A stretch of 64,000 nucleotides of DNA from Asaia bogorensis (GCA_945874805.1 CAMCJI010000001.1:4580-68579); one strand, 5' to 3'; shown: positions 51,653 through 61,413, numbered from the stretch's first letter. Numbers and translations: made by a program. The notes: generated by a model from the letters alone, not told the origin.

Positions 51653-52558
51653 ATGGTGGACAGGTTGCGCGTTGGGTATGTCGGGGTTGGCCTGATGGGC
51701 CACGGGGCGGCGAAGAACATCCTGCTGAAGGGCTGGCCGCTCGCCATTCTCGGCCATCGAAATCGCGCGCCTGTGGACGACCTGGTGGCACGCGGCGCGG
51801 TTGAAGTGACCTCGCCCGCCGCGCTGGCCGCCGCCTGCGATGTGATCTGCCTCTGCCTGCCCGGCGCCCGCGAGGTGGAAGCCCTGCTCATCGACCGGGG
51901 CCTGCTCAACGCGCTACGCCCGGGCACGATCATCGTCGACAGCACCACATCCCTGCCCGACGTCACCCGCCGGCTTGGCGGGCTGCTCGCTGCCAAGGGC
52001 TGTGCCATGGTGGACGCCCCCATCGGCCGATCGCCGAAGGAGGCGCAGGAGGGCCGGCTCTCCTGCATTCTCGGCGGCGCCCCGGCCGACGTCGCGCGCG
52101 TTCGCCCGATCGTGGAGGCCTTCGCGGAGGTGGTGATCGAGGCCGGCGCGCTCGGCAACGGCCTGATGGTCAAGCTGCTCAACAACAGCGTCTCCTTCAG
52201 CAATGCCGTCATCATCGCCGAGGCCGTCGCCACCGCCGCGCGCATGGGCGTCAGCATCGAGGCGCTGTGCGCGATGATCGAGGCGGGCGGCTCCAATTCG
52301 ACGATGTTCCAGTGGATCGTCCCCTGGCTCCGCGCCGGGGATGACAGCCTCGGCCGGGGGCGCTTGGCGGCCGGCACCCAGGTGCATGAGACCTATCGCA
52401 GCCTCACCGCCGCCGCCGGCATTGAAACCCCGATGGCGGATGCCGTCTCCGCAGTGATGGCGCGCGTGCTCGCCGCCGGCCATGGCGACCGCTTCATCCC
52501 GACCCTGCCGGGCGTGCTGGCTGAGTTGGCCGGCACCCCGATCCGCCCACTCGACTGA
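51653..52558 (+). CDS. NAD(P)-dependent oxidoreductase, 3-hydroxyisobutyrate dehydrogenase-like
   Basis: 301 aa from ATG 51653, with GGGAGG upstream. VGYVGVGLMGHGAAKNIL is the Rossmann motif, followed by the DAPIGRSPKEA and KLLNN blocks of the HIBADH/6PGDH-NAD-binding family. Confidence 0.75.
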   Translation: MVDRLRVGYVGVGLMGHGAAKNILLKGWPLAILGHRNRAPVDDLVARGAVEVTSPAALAAACDVICLCLPGAREVEALLIDRGLLNALRPGTIIVDSTTSLPDVTRRLGGLLAAKGCAMVDAPIGRSPKEAQEGRLSCILGGAPADVARVRPIVEAFAEVVIEAGALGNGLMVKLLNNSVSFSNAVIIAEAVATAARMGVSIEALCAMIEAGGSNSTMFQWIVPWLRAGDDSLGRGRLAAGTQVHETYRSLTAAAGIETPMADAVSAVMARVLAAGHGDRFIPTLPGVLAELAGTPIRPLD

Positions 52559-52572
52559 ACCAGGAGCCCGCC

Positions 52573-53778
52573 ATGCGCATCGCCAAGATCGAGGACCTGC
52601 ATTGTGACGCCGGCTGGCGCCACTTCTCCTTCCTGAAGATCACCACCGATACTGGCATCGTCGGCTGGTCGGAGTATCAGGAGCGCTTCGGCACCACCGG
52701 CCTGACCGGCACCATCCATGGCCTGGCTGAACTGCTCCTCGGCCGCGACCCGCGCCCGGTGGAGCGCCATACCGCCTATCTGCACGGCATCATCCGCCAG
52801 GTGCAGGGCGGCATTGCCCAGCAGGCGATCGCCGCGATCGAGAACGCCCTGGTCGATATCAAGGCCAAGGCACTGGGCGTGCCCGTCTACGAACTCCTCG
52901 GCGGGCCGATCCGCGAGCGGATCCCCCTCTACTGGTCGCATTGCGGCTACGCCCGCGTCCGCTGGCCGGACCGCGTGAAGGAATGGACCGGCGGCAACCC
53001 CATTCGCACCCGCGCCGACATCGTCACCCATGCCCGCGAGGTGGCGGATGCCGGGTTTCGTGGCCTGAAGACCAACCCCATCCGCTTCGATACCGACCCG
53101 CCGGTGATCCACATGCCCGGCTTCAATGGCTCGGAGGGCTATCCCGAGCTCAACATCTCCAAGGAGATCGTCGCTGGCGTGGTCGATCAGATGGAGGCAT
53201 TCCGCGAGGGCGCCGGCCCGCAGATGAACCTGCACCTGGACCTGAACTTCAACTACAAAACCGAAGGCTACATCCGCCTCGCCCAAGCGCTGGAGCCGCT
53301 TGATCTGTTCTGGCTGGAGATCGACAGCTACGATCCCGCCGCCCTCGCCAGCATCCGCCGCAGCTCCCGCACTCGCATCGCCAGCTGCGAATCGCTCTTC
53401 CACCGCCGCCAGTACCGCCCCTTCTTTGAGGCGCAGGCGGTGGACGTCGCTATCATCGACGTGCCTTGGAACGGCATCCTCGAGGCCATGAAGATCGCCT
53501 CACTGGCCGACACCTACGAAATCAACATCGCCCCGCACAACTTCAACGGCCATCTCGGCACACTGATGAGCGCCCATCTCTGCGCCGCGGTGCCGAACCT
53601 GCGGGTGATGGAAATCGACATCGAAGACGTCCCCTGGAAAGACGACGTCGTCACAGTCCCGCCGGTCGTCGAAAGCGGCGACCTGCTGATCCCCACCGGC
53701 ATTGGCTGGGGTGCCGACATCAACGAAGACGTGCTGCGCGCACACCCCGTGCGCGGGCGGGAGGCGGGGGCGCGGTAA
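52573..53778 (+). CDS. enolase-superfamily enzyme (mandelate racemase/muconate lactonizing family, acid-sugar dehydratase-like)
   Basis: 401 aa. It has an N-terminal capping domain (KITTDTGIVGWSE), then AIENALVDIKAKALGVPVYELLGG, then barrel metal-ligand regions (LDLNFN, WLEID) and IAPHN. The substrate is unknown. Confidence 0.8.
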   Translation: MRIAKIEDLHCDAGWRHFSFLKITTDTGIVGWSEYQERFGTTGLTGTIHGLAELLLGRDPRPVERHTAYLHGIIRQVQGGIAQQAIAAIENALVDIKAKALGVPVYELLGGPIRERIPLYWSHCGYARVRWPDRVKEWTGGNPIRTRADIVTHAREVADAGFRGLKTNPIRFDTDPPVIHMPGFNGSEGYPELNISKEIVAGVVDQMEAFREGAGPQMNLHLDLNFNYKTEGYIRLAQALEPLDLFWLEIDSYDPAALASIRRSSRTRIASCESLFHRRQYRPFFEAQAVDVAIIDVPWNGILEAMKIASLADTYEINIAPHNFNGHLGTLMSAHLCAAVPNLRVMEIDIEDVPWKDDVVTVPPVVESGDLLIPTGIGWGADINEDVLRAHPVRGREAGAR

Positions 53779-53793
53779 GGCAGGAAGTAGAAA

Positions 53794-53985
53794 AGGATCT
53801 TCTTTTTTGAAAAAAAGAAGCAAAAAACTTTTGCTCATGGCTTCGCCGATGTGACGGATAGTTGGTTCAAACGCTGGCGAAGCCAAAAAACCCGCCCACA
53901 TGAAGAACCGATCCCGCCGTTCAGGCAGCACCCAAATGAACGAAGTTTTTTTGCTTCTTTTTGTTCACAAAAAGAAGATCTTGCC
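53794..53985. repeat. MITE-like element: two inverted ~40-nt AT-rich nested-palindrome modules flanking a ~110-bp core
   Basis: The left module (53795-53833) is GGATCTTCTTTTTTGAAAAAAAGAAGCAAAAAACTTTTG. The reverse complement of the right module (53943-53982) is AAGATCTTCTTTTTGTGAACAAAAAGAAGCAAAAAAACTT. Local G+C is far below the surrounding sequence. The element lies between convergent genes. Confidence 0.55.
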
Positions 53986-54009
53986 TTCCCCTCGACTTGA
54001 ACCCGCCCT

Positions 54010-55749
54010 CTACCCGACCGCTGCCTCCACCATCCGCGTCGCCTGGTCCAGCGCTGCGAGCAGCCGGTTCTGGCCGCGCATCAGTTCCACCTGGGCCATG
54101 CGCAGCTTGTGGTCGTCCTTGAAGTCCCCGAGTTCGCCGGCGATGGCGATCGTCGGCAGCGGCATCACGGTATAGGCAGGGTCGTGGCGGAAGCGCGGCT
54201 CGCGGACGTAGTTGATCGGCACCAGCACGCGGGCCAACTCCATCAGCACGGCGTTACGCGCGGCGATCGGCGCCGCGGGCAGCTTGGCCAGCGCGGCCTT
54301 CAGTGCGGCCGTGGCGGCGCGGGCGCGGGAGAGATCGGCCAGGCCGCCGGAGGCTTTCTCGTAGCCGTCGATGGTGGCGGCGAACTCGTCGCAGGTCGCC
54401 GTCCAGTCGAAGGGCAGCACTTCGGCGTTGGCAACGCGCAGGGTCGAGAGCAGGTAGATCTTCATATCCTTCAGCAGGATGTCGCGATCCGCGATCTCCA
54501 GCGTGTCGTTCTCGGTGTGCCAGGCGATATTCGCCCCGCAGCCGGAGACGTCGTAGTAGCCCTTCTCCGCGCGCACCTCGTCCGGCATCGTGGAGCTCAG
54601 CATGAAGAAGCTGGGCAGGCCGATGTTGTTGAAGCTGTAATCGCCGGCCTGGGGCGGACGGTGGGTGGCGATCACCGCGTCCGGCACGATATCGCGGATG
54701 GCGTCGGCGGCGATATGCGCGCTTTCGGTGAAGGCGCGGGTGTCATGATAGCTGGTCGCCCAGCGGCAGCCGGGGCTGTCGCAATTGATCTGGGCGATGC
54801 AGTTGCGGTCCAGTTCCATGGCGAAGGCGTCGCTGTACCACGTCGAGCCGGCGTAGCGGCCGGTCGAATGGCCCGGCCACCAGGCAAGCTTCACCGTGCG
54901 CTTCAGCCCGTCGCGATTGGCCCACAGCACGCGGGCCATCTCCAACAGGGTCGCGTCACCGGTGGCATTGTCGCCCACGCCGACGTCCCAGCTGTCGAGA
55001 TGGCCGTGCACCAGCACGAAGTTCTCAGGATCATCGGTGCCTGGGATGGTGGCGACCGGGATCTTCTGCTTGAACCAGCCCTCGACGAGGTCGGCGCGGA
55101 TCGTCACTTCCGCCCCTTCGGCGGCCAGCGCCATCAGCTTCTGCCCGTCCGGGTTGTTCACCGCGACCACCGGAATCTTCGGCTTGCGCGGCCAATCCTG
55201 TAGATCGGGGCTGCCCCAGATGGTGGTGCAGGTACCCCAGTGGATGTCGATACCGGGGTTGACCGCGATCAGCCCCACCCCGCCCCATTCCTCGATCAGG
55301 CTGGTCAGTGCCGGATTGCCGAAGCCCTGCATCACCACGATGTTGCCGCCGACGATGCGCTTCACCTCCTCGACGGAGGAGATGGAGCCGCCGAACAGGG
55401 TCTTGATGTCGCGGTTGTAGCTGCGCAGCGCCTTCGGGTTGGCTTTCAGCGTCACCAGCTTGCCGGTGCGCCCGCCCGGCACCGGCGGGCAGTTCGAAGG
55501 CGGCTTGGCGCGATAAGTCACCCCGCCGGCCGAAACCGAAGCGGAATAGGGGATCGACAGATAAATCTCCGGCTCATGCACCTCCACCGGGACGCCGGCG
55601 GCGCGCAGGCGGGTGATCACTTCGTCCATGCCGCGGTTCACGTCTTCCGGCCGCCAGCGGGGCATGCCTGAGAAAGTCGTCACCAGGTCCCAGGGGACGT
55701 CGAGGTTCACTGCGTCAATGAATCGCCGTTCCGTTTCGCTGATGGCCAT
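54010..55749 (-). CDS. M28-family-like metallopeptidase homologue with PA domain (atypical active-site motif)
   Basis: 579 aa from ATG 55749, with GGGAGA upstream. A PA-domain-like insert is followed by M28 motifs HGHLDSWD, GDNATG, INCDSPG and WHTENDT. The usual AEE.GL.GS motif reads PGHSTGRYAGS. Confidence 0.7.
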   Translation of the reverse strand: MAISETERRFIDAVNLDVPWDLVTTFSGMPRWRPEDVNRGMDEVITRLRAAGVPVEVHEPEIYLSIPYSASVSAGGVTYRAKPPSNCPPVPGGRTGKLVTLKANPKALRSYNRDIKTLFGGSISSVEEVKRIVGGNIVVMQGFGNPALTSLIEEWGGVGLIAVNPGIDIHWGTCTTIWGSPDLQDWPRKPKIPVVAVNNPDGQKLMALAAEGAEVTIRADLVEGWFKQKIPVATIPGTDDPENFVLVHGHLDSWDVGVGDNATGDATLLEMARVLWANRDGLKRTVKLAWWPGHSTGRYAGSTWYSDAFAMELDRNCIAQINCDSPGCRWATSYHDTRAFTESAHIAADAIRDIVPDAVIATHRPPQAGDYSFNNIGLPSFFMLSSTMPDEVRAEKGYYDVSGCGANIAWHTENDTLEIADRDILLKDMKIYLLSTLRVANAEVLPFDWTATCDEFAATIDGYEKASGGLADLSRARAATAALKAALAKLPAAPIAARNAVLMELARVLVPINYVREPRFRHDPAYTVMPLPTIAIAGELGDFKDDHKLRMAQVELMRGQNRLLAALDQATRMVEAAVG

Positions 55750-55904
55750 AAGACTTCTCCCGAATGCTGCGGCGCGGATGGCATCACCGAAATCCCATGC
55801 TGGCAAGCCGTAGGGCGTTAATTTCTGGCCTTGTGCAGCGCGGCATAGCCGCGTTGAATGCGCCCCAATACGAATCTCACAATCCTCCGGGGGTCTTCAC
55901 GACG

Positions 55905-57587
55905 ATGAACAGATCGCTTCTCGCCGCCAGCGTGTTTGCCGCATTCGGCATGGCCGCGGATATCCAACCGGCCTTCGCCCAGGCGGCCGGCGACCCCGTG
56001 CGCCCGCTGGTGATCCTCACCCAGCCGCAGGCCGCATCGCCGCAGGAATTCGCAACAGCGGAGCTGATAGCAGCGGCGTGGAAGCAGCTTGGTCTGCAGG
56101 TGAGCCTGCGGCCGCTCCCGGGCCAGCAGTGGTCCTCGACCGTGTGGAACGAGCGCCAGCGTTGGGACATGACGACCTGGCAGATGGTCGGCCGCCCCGA
56201 GCGTAGCGACCCCGACGAGTTGACCTACAACCTGTTCGTTTCGGCCAATGCCGCCACCGGCTTTGGCTTCGTCGGCTACCAGAACCCCGAATACGACGCG
56301 CTGGCGCAGGCGCAACGCGAGGAGCTGGACCCTGTGAAGCGTCAGGTCCTGGTGAAGCAGGCGCAGGAGCTGATCAACCGCGACCAGCCCTACGCTTTCA
56401 CCGTCCACCCGAAGCTGATGTACGCGCTGAATAAATCGGTTTGGGATGAGAAGACCGCCGTGGTGCAGTCCGGTCTGGGCATCCGCAACTTCTGGACCTG
56501 GATCGGGCTGACCCCGCTGGGCGCACAGAAAGATATTGTGCTGAACTCGGTCGCGCCCTCGCAGGTGCTGAACCCCTTCTACATCCCCGGTGCCCAGGGC
56601 AGCTGGGTGACCGAGCTGATGTGGGACCGGCTGATGCGGGTCGGCCCGGATGGGCTGCCCAAGCCCTGGGCTGCCGAATCCGTCACCCGTCCCACGCCCA
56701 CAACCGTCGATGTCGTCCTGCGCGAGGGGATAAAGTGGCATGACGGCTCGCCGGTGACCATTGAGGACGCGGTATTCAGCCTGGAGGCCCCGAACTTCGG
56801 CAACAAGGCGCCGATGTACAAGCCCTTCGTGGTGAATATCGAAAAGGTCGAGACCACCGGCCCGCGCAGCCTGCGCATCACCCTCAAGCGCCCTGACGCG
56901 GCCTTCCTGGTCAGCACGCTCTCCAAGCTGAACCTCGCGCCGAAGAAGGTTTGGGGGCCGATCTTTGAGGAGATCGCCAACAAGCCGGAAAACATCGAAA
57001 GCCGGATGGAGACGAAAATCCTCGGCTCCGGCCCCTACAAGTTCGTTTCGGCCAAGCTCGCCGAAGAGATCGTGCTGGAAGCCAACCCCGACCATTGGTC
57101 GGCACCCAAGGCCGGGCGCTGGATCCTGCGCATCGTGCCGAACATCGAAGCGTCGCTGGGCGCGCTGCGCCGTGGCGAGGTGAACTTCCTCGCCGACTAC
57201 ACCGGCGATCCTGATCTGCTCCGCAGCACGGTGAAGGCCAACCCCAACCTGATGCTGAGCGAGTCGCTCGATATCGGCTTCCGCTTCATCGCAATGAACC
57301 TGCGCCGCCCCCCCTTCGACAATGCCAAGTTCCGTGTCGCCCTCTCCACCCTGGTCGATCGCGAGACGATCGCGGCCGATGCCTGGGGTGGCCAAGCGGT
57401 TCCCGCCAACTCCTGGGTGTCGCCGGCACTGAGCTTTTGGCATGCCGACGGCATCGTCGGGCGGGTACCGGGTGGCGGCACGATCGAGACGGCGAAGAAG
57501 CTGCTCGCCGAGGCTGGTTTCGTGCTGGTCAATGGGCGGCTGCACTATCCGGCGGGGGTCAAGGAAACCACCACGCCGTTCCAGTAA
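55905..57587 (+). CDS. ABC transporter substrate-binding protein, family 5 (peptide/nickel/opine type)
   Basis: 560 aa from ATG 55905 with a signal peptide (MNRSLLAASVFAAFGMAADIQPAFA). It has family-5 SBP size and is followed by two permease and two ATPase genes. Confidence 0.8.
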   Translation: MNRSLLAASVFAAFGMAADIQPAFAQAAGDPVRPLVILTQPQAASPQEFATAELIAAAWKQLGLQVSLRPLPGQQWSSTVWNERQRWDMTTWQMVGRPERSDPDELTYNLFVSANAATGFGFVGYQNPEYDALAQAQREELDPVKRQVLVKQAQELINRDQPYAFTVHPKLMYALNKSVWDEKTAVVQSGLGIRNFWTWIGLTPLGAQKDIVLNSVAPSQVLNPFYIPGAQGSWVTELMWDRLMRVGPDGLPKPWAAESVTRPTPTTVDVVLREGIKWHDGSPVTIEDAVFSLEAPNFGNKAPMYKPFVVNIEKVETTGPRSLRITLKRPDAAFLVSTLSKLNLAPKKVWGPIFEEIANKPENIESRMETKILGSGPYKFVSAKLAEEIVLEANPDHWSAPKAGRWILRIVPNIEASLGALRRGEVNFLADYTGDPDLLRSTVKANPNLMLSESLDIGFRFIAMNLRRPPFDNAKFRVALSTLVDRETIAADAWGGQAVPANSWVSPALSFWHADGIVGRVPGGGTIETAKKLLAEAGFVLVNGRLHYPAGVKETTTPFQ

Positions 57588-57605
57588 GGGGCATCACTTT
57601 TCCCC

Positions 57606-58586
57606 ATGGCGCGCCATGCGCTTGATCGGCTTGGACACCTCCTGCTTGTGCTGTGGGCGGTGTCCAGCCTGACCTTCGTGCTGTTCCGGCTGATGCCGGG
57701 CGACCCGACGATGAATTTCATCTCGCCGCAGTTTTCGGCCGAGATGCGGGCCGCCCTGCTAGCTGACTTCGGCTTGGACAAGCCGTTGTGGGAGCAATAC
57801 GTGATCTACATGGGCAATCTTCTGCAGGGGAACTTCGGGCAGTCCTTCCTGCAGAAGAAGCCGGTGATCGACGTGCTGCTGGAGAGCCTGCCGAACACGG
57901 TGATCCTGACGCTGGTCTCGCTCTCCTGCGCCTACCTTTTCGGTATCACCGCCGGTGCCTTCCTGGCGTTCCGCCGTGGCGGCCTCACGGAAGGCGTGGC
58001 CATTCCGGCGGCCCTGATGACCCGCTCTGCACCCGAATTCTGGCTGGGAATGTTGCTGCTCGCGGCGTTTGCCTTTGAATTTGGCTGGTTCCCCACGGGG
58101 GGGGCGGCCAGCCCTGGTTTTTCTCTTGGCTCGATCGGCGCGCGGCTGATCAGTCCGGATTTCTGGTGGCATCTCTGCCTGCCCGCCTTGACCCTCACCC
58201 TCTATCTCCAGGGACTTCCGCTGTTGCTGATGCGCGCGACCATGCTGGAAGTGCTGAACGATGAGTTCATCGTCATGGCGCGGATGAAGGGGCTGTCGCG
58301 CTGGTCGATCGTCATGCGCCACGCTGCGCGCAATGCTCTTCTGCCGGTGGTGACCGCCTTCGCCCTTGGCCTCGGCGCCAGTGTCGGCGGCAACGTGGTG
58401 ATCGAGTCGGTCTTCTCCTGGCCAGGCATCGGGCGTGTGCTGGTGACCGCGGTGCAGGCATCCGACTACCCCGTGGCGCAGGGCGCCTTCATCATGATCG
58501 CCACCGTCCTCGTCGTCATGAACACCGTGGCCGATCTGGCCTATGCGGCGCTTGATCCCCGCGTCTCCGTCGGCGCGCGGAAGTAG
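57606..58586 (+). CDS. ABC transporter permease (DppB/OppB-like)
   Basis: 326 aa. It has the N-terminus MARHALDRLGHLLLVLWAVSSLTFVLFRLMPGDP and an EAA-loop region. Confidence 0.85.
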   Translation: MARHALDRLGHLLLVLWAVSSLTFVLFRLMPGDPTMNFISPQFSAEMRAALLADFGLDKPLWEQYVIYMGNLLQGNFGQSFLQKKPVIDVLLESLPNTVILTLVSLSCAYLFGITAGAFLAFRRGGLTEGVAIPAALMTRSAPEFWLGMLLLAAFAFEFGWFPTGGAASPGFSLGSIGARLISPDFWWHLCLPALTLTLYLQGLPLLLMRATMLEVLNDEFIVMARMKGLSRWSIVMRHAARNALLPVVTAFALGLGASVGGNVVIESVFSWPGIGRVLVTAVQASDYPVAQGAFIMIATVLVVMNTVADLAYAALDPRVSVGARK

Positions 58587-58589
58587 CCT

Positions 58590-59450
58590 ATGCACAACCT
58601 TCGCGCCGTTCTTCGCTATTTCCGTTCCGAGCCGTTCGCGGCTGTCGGGGCGGGCATCTATCTGACGATCATCCTGATCGCAATCTTCGCCGACCAGCTG
58701 GCACCGTATGATCCGCGTGAGATCCTGCGCGTCGGCCGGCGGGTGGCCCGCTACATGCCGATGTCGGCCGATCACTGGCTTGGCACGACTTCCTCCGGCC
58801 GCGACGTGTTGAGCCAGCTCATCTTCGGCACCCGCGCTGCCTTGCAGGTGGGGCTGACGGCAGCCTTCATGGTGGTGGCGATTGGCACCCTGATGGGGCT
58901 GCTGGCTGGCTATCTCGGCGGCTGGGTGGACCGGGTGATCACGCGCCTCGCCGACATCGTACTCGGCCTGCCGTTCCTGCCGTTCATGCTGGTGCTCGCT
59001 TCGCTGACGCGGCCCGGCACCGCGGTGGTGGTGGCGGCGGTGGCCGGGCTGTTGTGGCCGAACACCGCGCGCGTCATCCGCAGCCAGGTGCTCTCCCTGC
59101 GCGAGCGCGCCTGGGTCGAGGCGGCGCGGGTCACCGGCTGTTCGACGGCGAGGATCATGTTCGTGCATGTGCTCCCGCAGGTGCTGCCACTGGCGGCGCT
59201 TTACGGGTCGGTGGCGATCGGTTGGGCGATCCTGGCGGAGGCCTCGGCCAGCTTCCTCGGCTTCGGCGATCCGGAGACGGTGAGCTGGGGGGTGATGTTG
59301 CAGGAGGCCTATGCCAACCAGGCGCTCGGGCGCGGGGCATGGAACTGGTTCACGCCGCCGGGACTGGCCATCGTGTCGATGGTGCTGGCCGGGTTCATGG
59401 TCTCCCGGGGGTCCGAGAAATTGTTGTTTCCGAAGTTGGCCGAGCAATGA
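58590..59450 (+). CDS. ABC transporter permease (DppC/OppC-like)
   Basis: 286 aa. HWLGTTSSGRDVLSQLIFG and multiple TM segments are present. Confidence 0.85.
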   Translation: MHNLRAVLRYFRSEPFAAVGAGIYLTIILIAIFADQLAPYDPREILRVGRRVARYMPMSADHWLGTTSSGRDVLSQLIFGTRAALQVGLTAAFMVVAIGTLMGLLAGYLGGWVDRVITRLADIVLGLPFLPFMLVLASLTRPGTAVVVAAVAGLLWPNTARVIRSQVLSLRERAWVEAARVTGCSTARIMFVHVLPQVLPLAALYGSVAIGWAILAEASASFLGFGDPETVSWGVMLQEAYANQALGRGAWNWFTPPGLAIVSMVLAGFMVSRGSEKLLFPKLAEQ

Positions 59451-60466
59451 GTCTCCTGTCCGTCCGGGGCCTGGGGGTCCATTACGCCAGCCGCGCCGGC
59501 GCCGTGAAGGCGGTGGATGGCGCCAATCTCGATGTGCCGGCGGGCAGCATCACCGGGCTGGTTGGCGAGTCCGGCTGCGGCAAGTCCACCCTCGGCCGGG
59601 CGCTGATGGGGGTGCTGCCGGATGCCGGGCGGATCGCCACCGGCGAGGTGGTGTTCGAGGGGCGCGATCTCGTGAAGCTGTCGGCCCGCGAGCAGCGGGC
59701 GGTGCGGTGGCGGCGGATGTCGTTCATCCCGCAGACGGCGATGAACGCGCTCGACCCGGTGCAGCGGCTGTCGGCGCAGATGCTGGAGGTGCTGGAGCAG
59801 CGCGGCGGCATGTCCCGCGGGCCTGCCCGCGCACGGGCGGAGGAACTGTTCCGCATGGTCGGGCTGGATCCCGTGCGGTTGGCTGACTACCCGCACCAGT
59901 TCAGCGGCGGCATGCGCCAGCGGGCCTCGATCGCGCTGGCCTTGGCGTTGGAGCCGGCGTTGGTGATTGCCGATGAGCCGGTGACGGCGCTGGATGTGAT
60001 CGTGCAGCGCCAGGTGCTGGATGTGATGCGCGCGCTGCAGGCGCGGCTCAATCTGGCGATGATCCTGGTGACGCATGACATGGCGGTGGTCGCCTATGCG
60101 TGCGACCGGGTGGCGGTGATGTATGCCGGGCAGGTGGTGGAGGCCGGGCCGGTGGCCGAGGTGCTCGAGCGGCCGTTGCATCCTTATACGATGGGGCTGA
60201 CTCATGCGTTTCCTGATGTGCATGGGGGTGATTCGGCGCTGGTGCCCATCGAGGGGTCGCCGCCCAGCCTGCTGAACCCGCCGGCCGGATGCCGCTTCGC
60301 GCCGCGCTGCCCCTTTGCCGAGGCGCGGTGCCATACGACGCCGCCGCCGGAGCGGCCGTTCGGGACGGATCATCTCGTTGCCTGCCATCGCGCCGAGGAT
60401 GCGCCGGCGCTGCGCGCACTTGCCGGGCAGCCGGCGACCTGGGCTGCGATGGGAGTCGTCGCATGA
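59447..60466 (+). CDS. ABC transporter ATP-binding protein (DppD/OppD-like)
   Basis: 339 aa from ATG 59447, which forms an ATGA overlap with the permease stop. GESGCGKST, FSGGMRQR and IADEP are present, with a C-terminal oligopeptide-ABC CxxxxRC motif. Confidence 0.85.
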   Translation: MSLLSVRGLGVHYASRAGAVKAVDGANLDVPAGSITGLVGESGCGKSTLGRALMGVLPDAGRIATGEVVFEGRDLVKLSAREQRAVRWRRMSFIPQTAMNALDPVQRLSAQMLEVLEQRGGMSRGPARARAEELFRMVGLDPVRLADYPHQFSGGMRQRASIALALALEPALVIADEPVTALDVIVQRQVLDVMRALQARLNLAMILVTHDMAVVAYACDRVAVMYAGQVVEAGPVAEVLERPLHPYTMGLTHAFPDVHGGDSALVPIEGSPPSLLNPPAGCRFAPRCPFAEARCHTTPPPERPFGTDHLVACHRAEDAPALRALAGQPATWAAMGVVA

Positions 60467-61413
60467 CGGCGGTGATCGCGGCCGAGGGGCTGACCAAGAC
60501 CTTCCGCTCGCGCGGGCGGGAGGTGTTCGCGGTGCGCGGGGTCAGCCTTTCGGTCAATGCCGGGGAGGCGCTGGGGATTGTCGGCGAGTCCGGCTGCGGC
60601 AAAACGACCACGGCGCGGATGCTGCTGCGGCTGGAGGACCCGACTTCCGGGCGGATCATCCATGAGGGTCGCGACATCACCGCGCTGCGCGGCCACGCCT
60701 TGCTGGCGTTCCGCAGCCGCGCGCAGCTGGTGTTCCAGAACCCGTTCGATGCGCTGAATCCCCGTTTCTCCATTCGGCGGACGCTGGCCGAGCCGCTGTA
60801 TAATTTCGGGATTCCCGAGAGCGAGCACGCGGCACGGATCGAGGCGGTGATGGCGCGGGTGCGGCTGACGCCGGCGTCCGCTTGGCTGGAGCGACGGCCG
60901 CATGAGCTTTCGGGCGGGCAGTTGCAGCGGGTGGTGCTGGCCCGGGCGCTGATTCCGGGACCGAGCCTGATCGTGGCGGATGAGCCGGTGTCGATGCTCG
61001 ACGTGTCGGTGCGGGCCGGCATTCTCAATCTGCTGCGCGCGGCGCGCGACGATCTGGGCCTGGCGGCGATCTATATCAGCCATGACCTCGCGCTGATCCG
61101 TTACGTTTGTGAGCGGACGGTGGTGATGTATCTCGGCCAGGTGGTCGAGGAAGGGCCGACCGTCGAGCTGATCGCCAGGCCGCGGCATCCTTACACCCGT
61201 GCGCTCGTGGCCGCGGTGCCGGTGCCGCGGGTGGATCAGGACCGGGATGCGCTGCCGATCCGGGGTGCGCTTTCGGATGCGCCGCCGACCGGGGCGGGCT
61301 GCGTGTTCCGGGATCGCTGCCTGCATGCGATGCCGCGCTGTTCGGCGGAGGCGCCGGTGTTGCGTGCCGTTGACTCCGGGCGGGCGGTGGCGTGCCATCT
61401 GGACGAGCTTTAG
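60463..61413 (+). CDS. ABC transporter ATP-binding protein (DppF/OppF-like)
   Basis: 316 aa from ATG 60463, which forms an ATGA overlap. GESGCGKTT, LSGGQLQR and VADEP are present. Confidence 0.85.
   Translation: MTAVIAAEGLTKTFRSRGREVFAVRGVSLSVNAGEALGIVGESGCGKTTTARMLLRLEDPTSGRIIHEGRDITALRGHALLAFRSRAQLVFQNPFDALNPRFSIRRTLAEPLYNFGIPESEHAARIEAVMARVRLTPASAWLERRPHELSGGQLQRVVLARALIPGPSLIVADEPVSMLDVSVRAGILNLLRAARDDLGLAAIYISHDLALIRYVCERTVVMYLGQVVEEGPTVELIARPRHPYTRALVAAVPVPRVDQDRDALPIRGALSDAPPTGAGCVFRDRCLHAMPRCSAEAPVLRAVDSGRAVACHLDEL

Noticed and set aside
53500-54175. Small ORFs reading through the repeat modules (peptides such as MSKSFLLLFFKKEDPFLL and MNEVFLLLFVHKKKILPSP, plus a similar FLLLCVHKKKTLP near 63960).
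   Set aside because: The peptide similarity is just the translation of the repeated nucleotide palindrome. The ORFs run into antisense of flanking genes, lack an RBS, and have an AT-rich composition atypical for coding sequence here.
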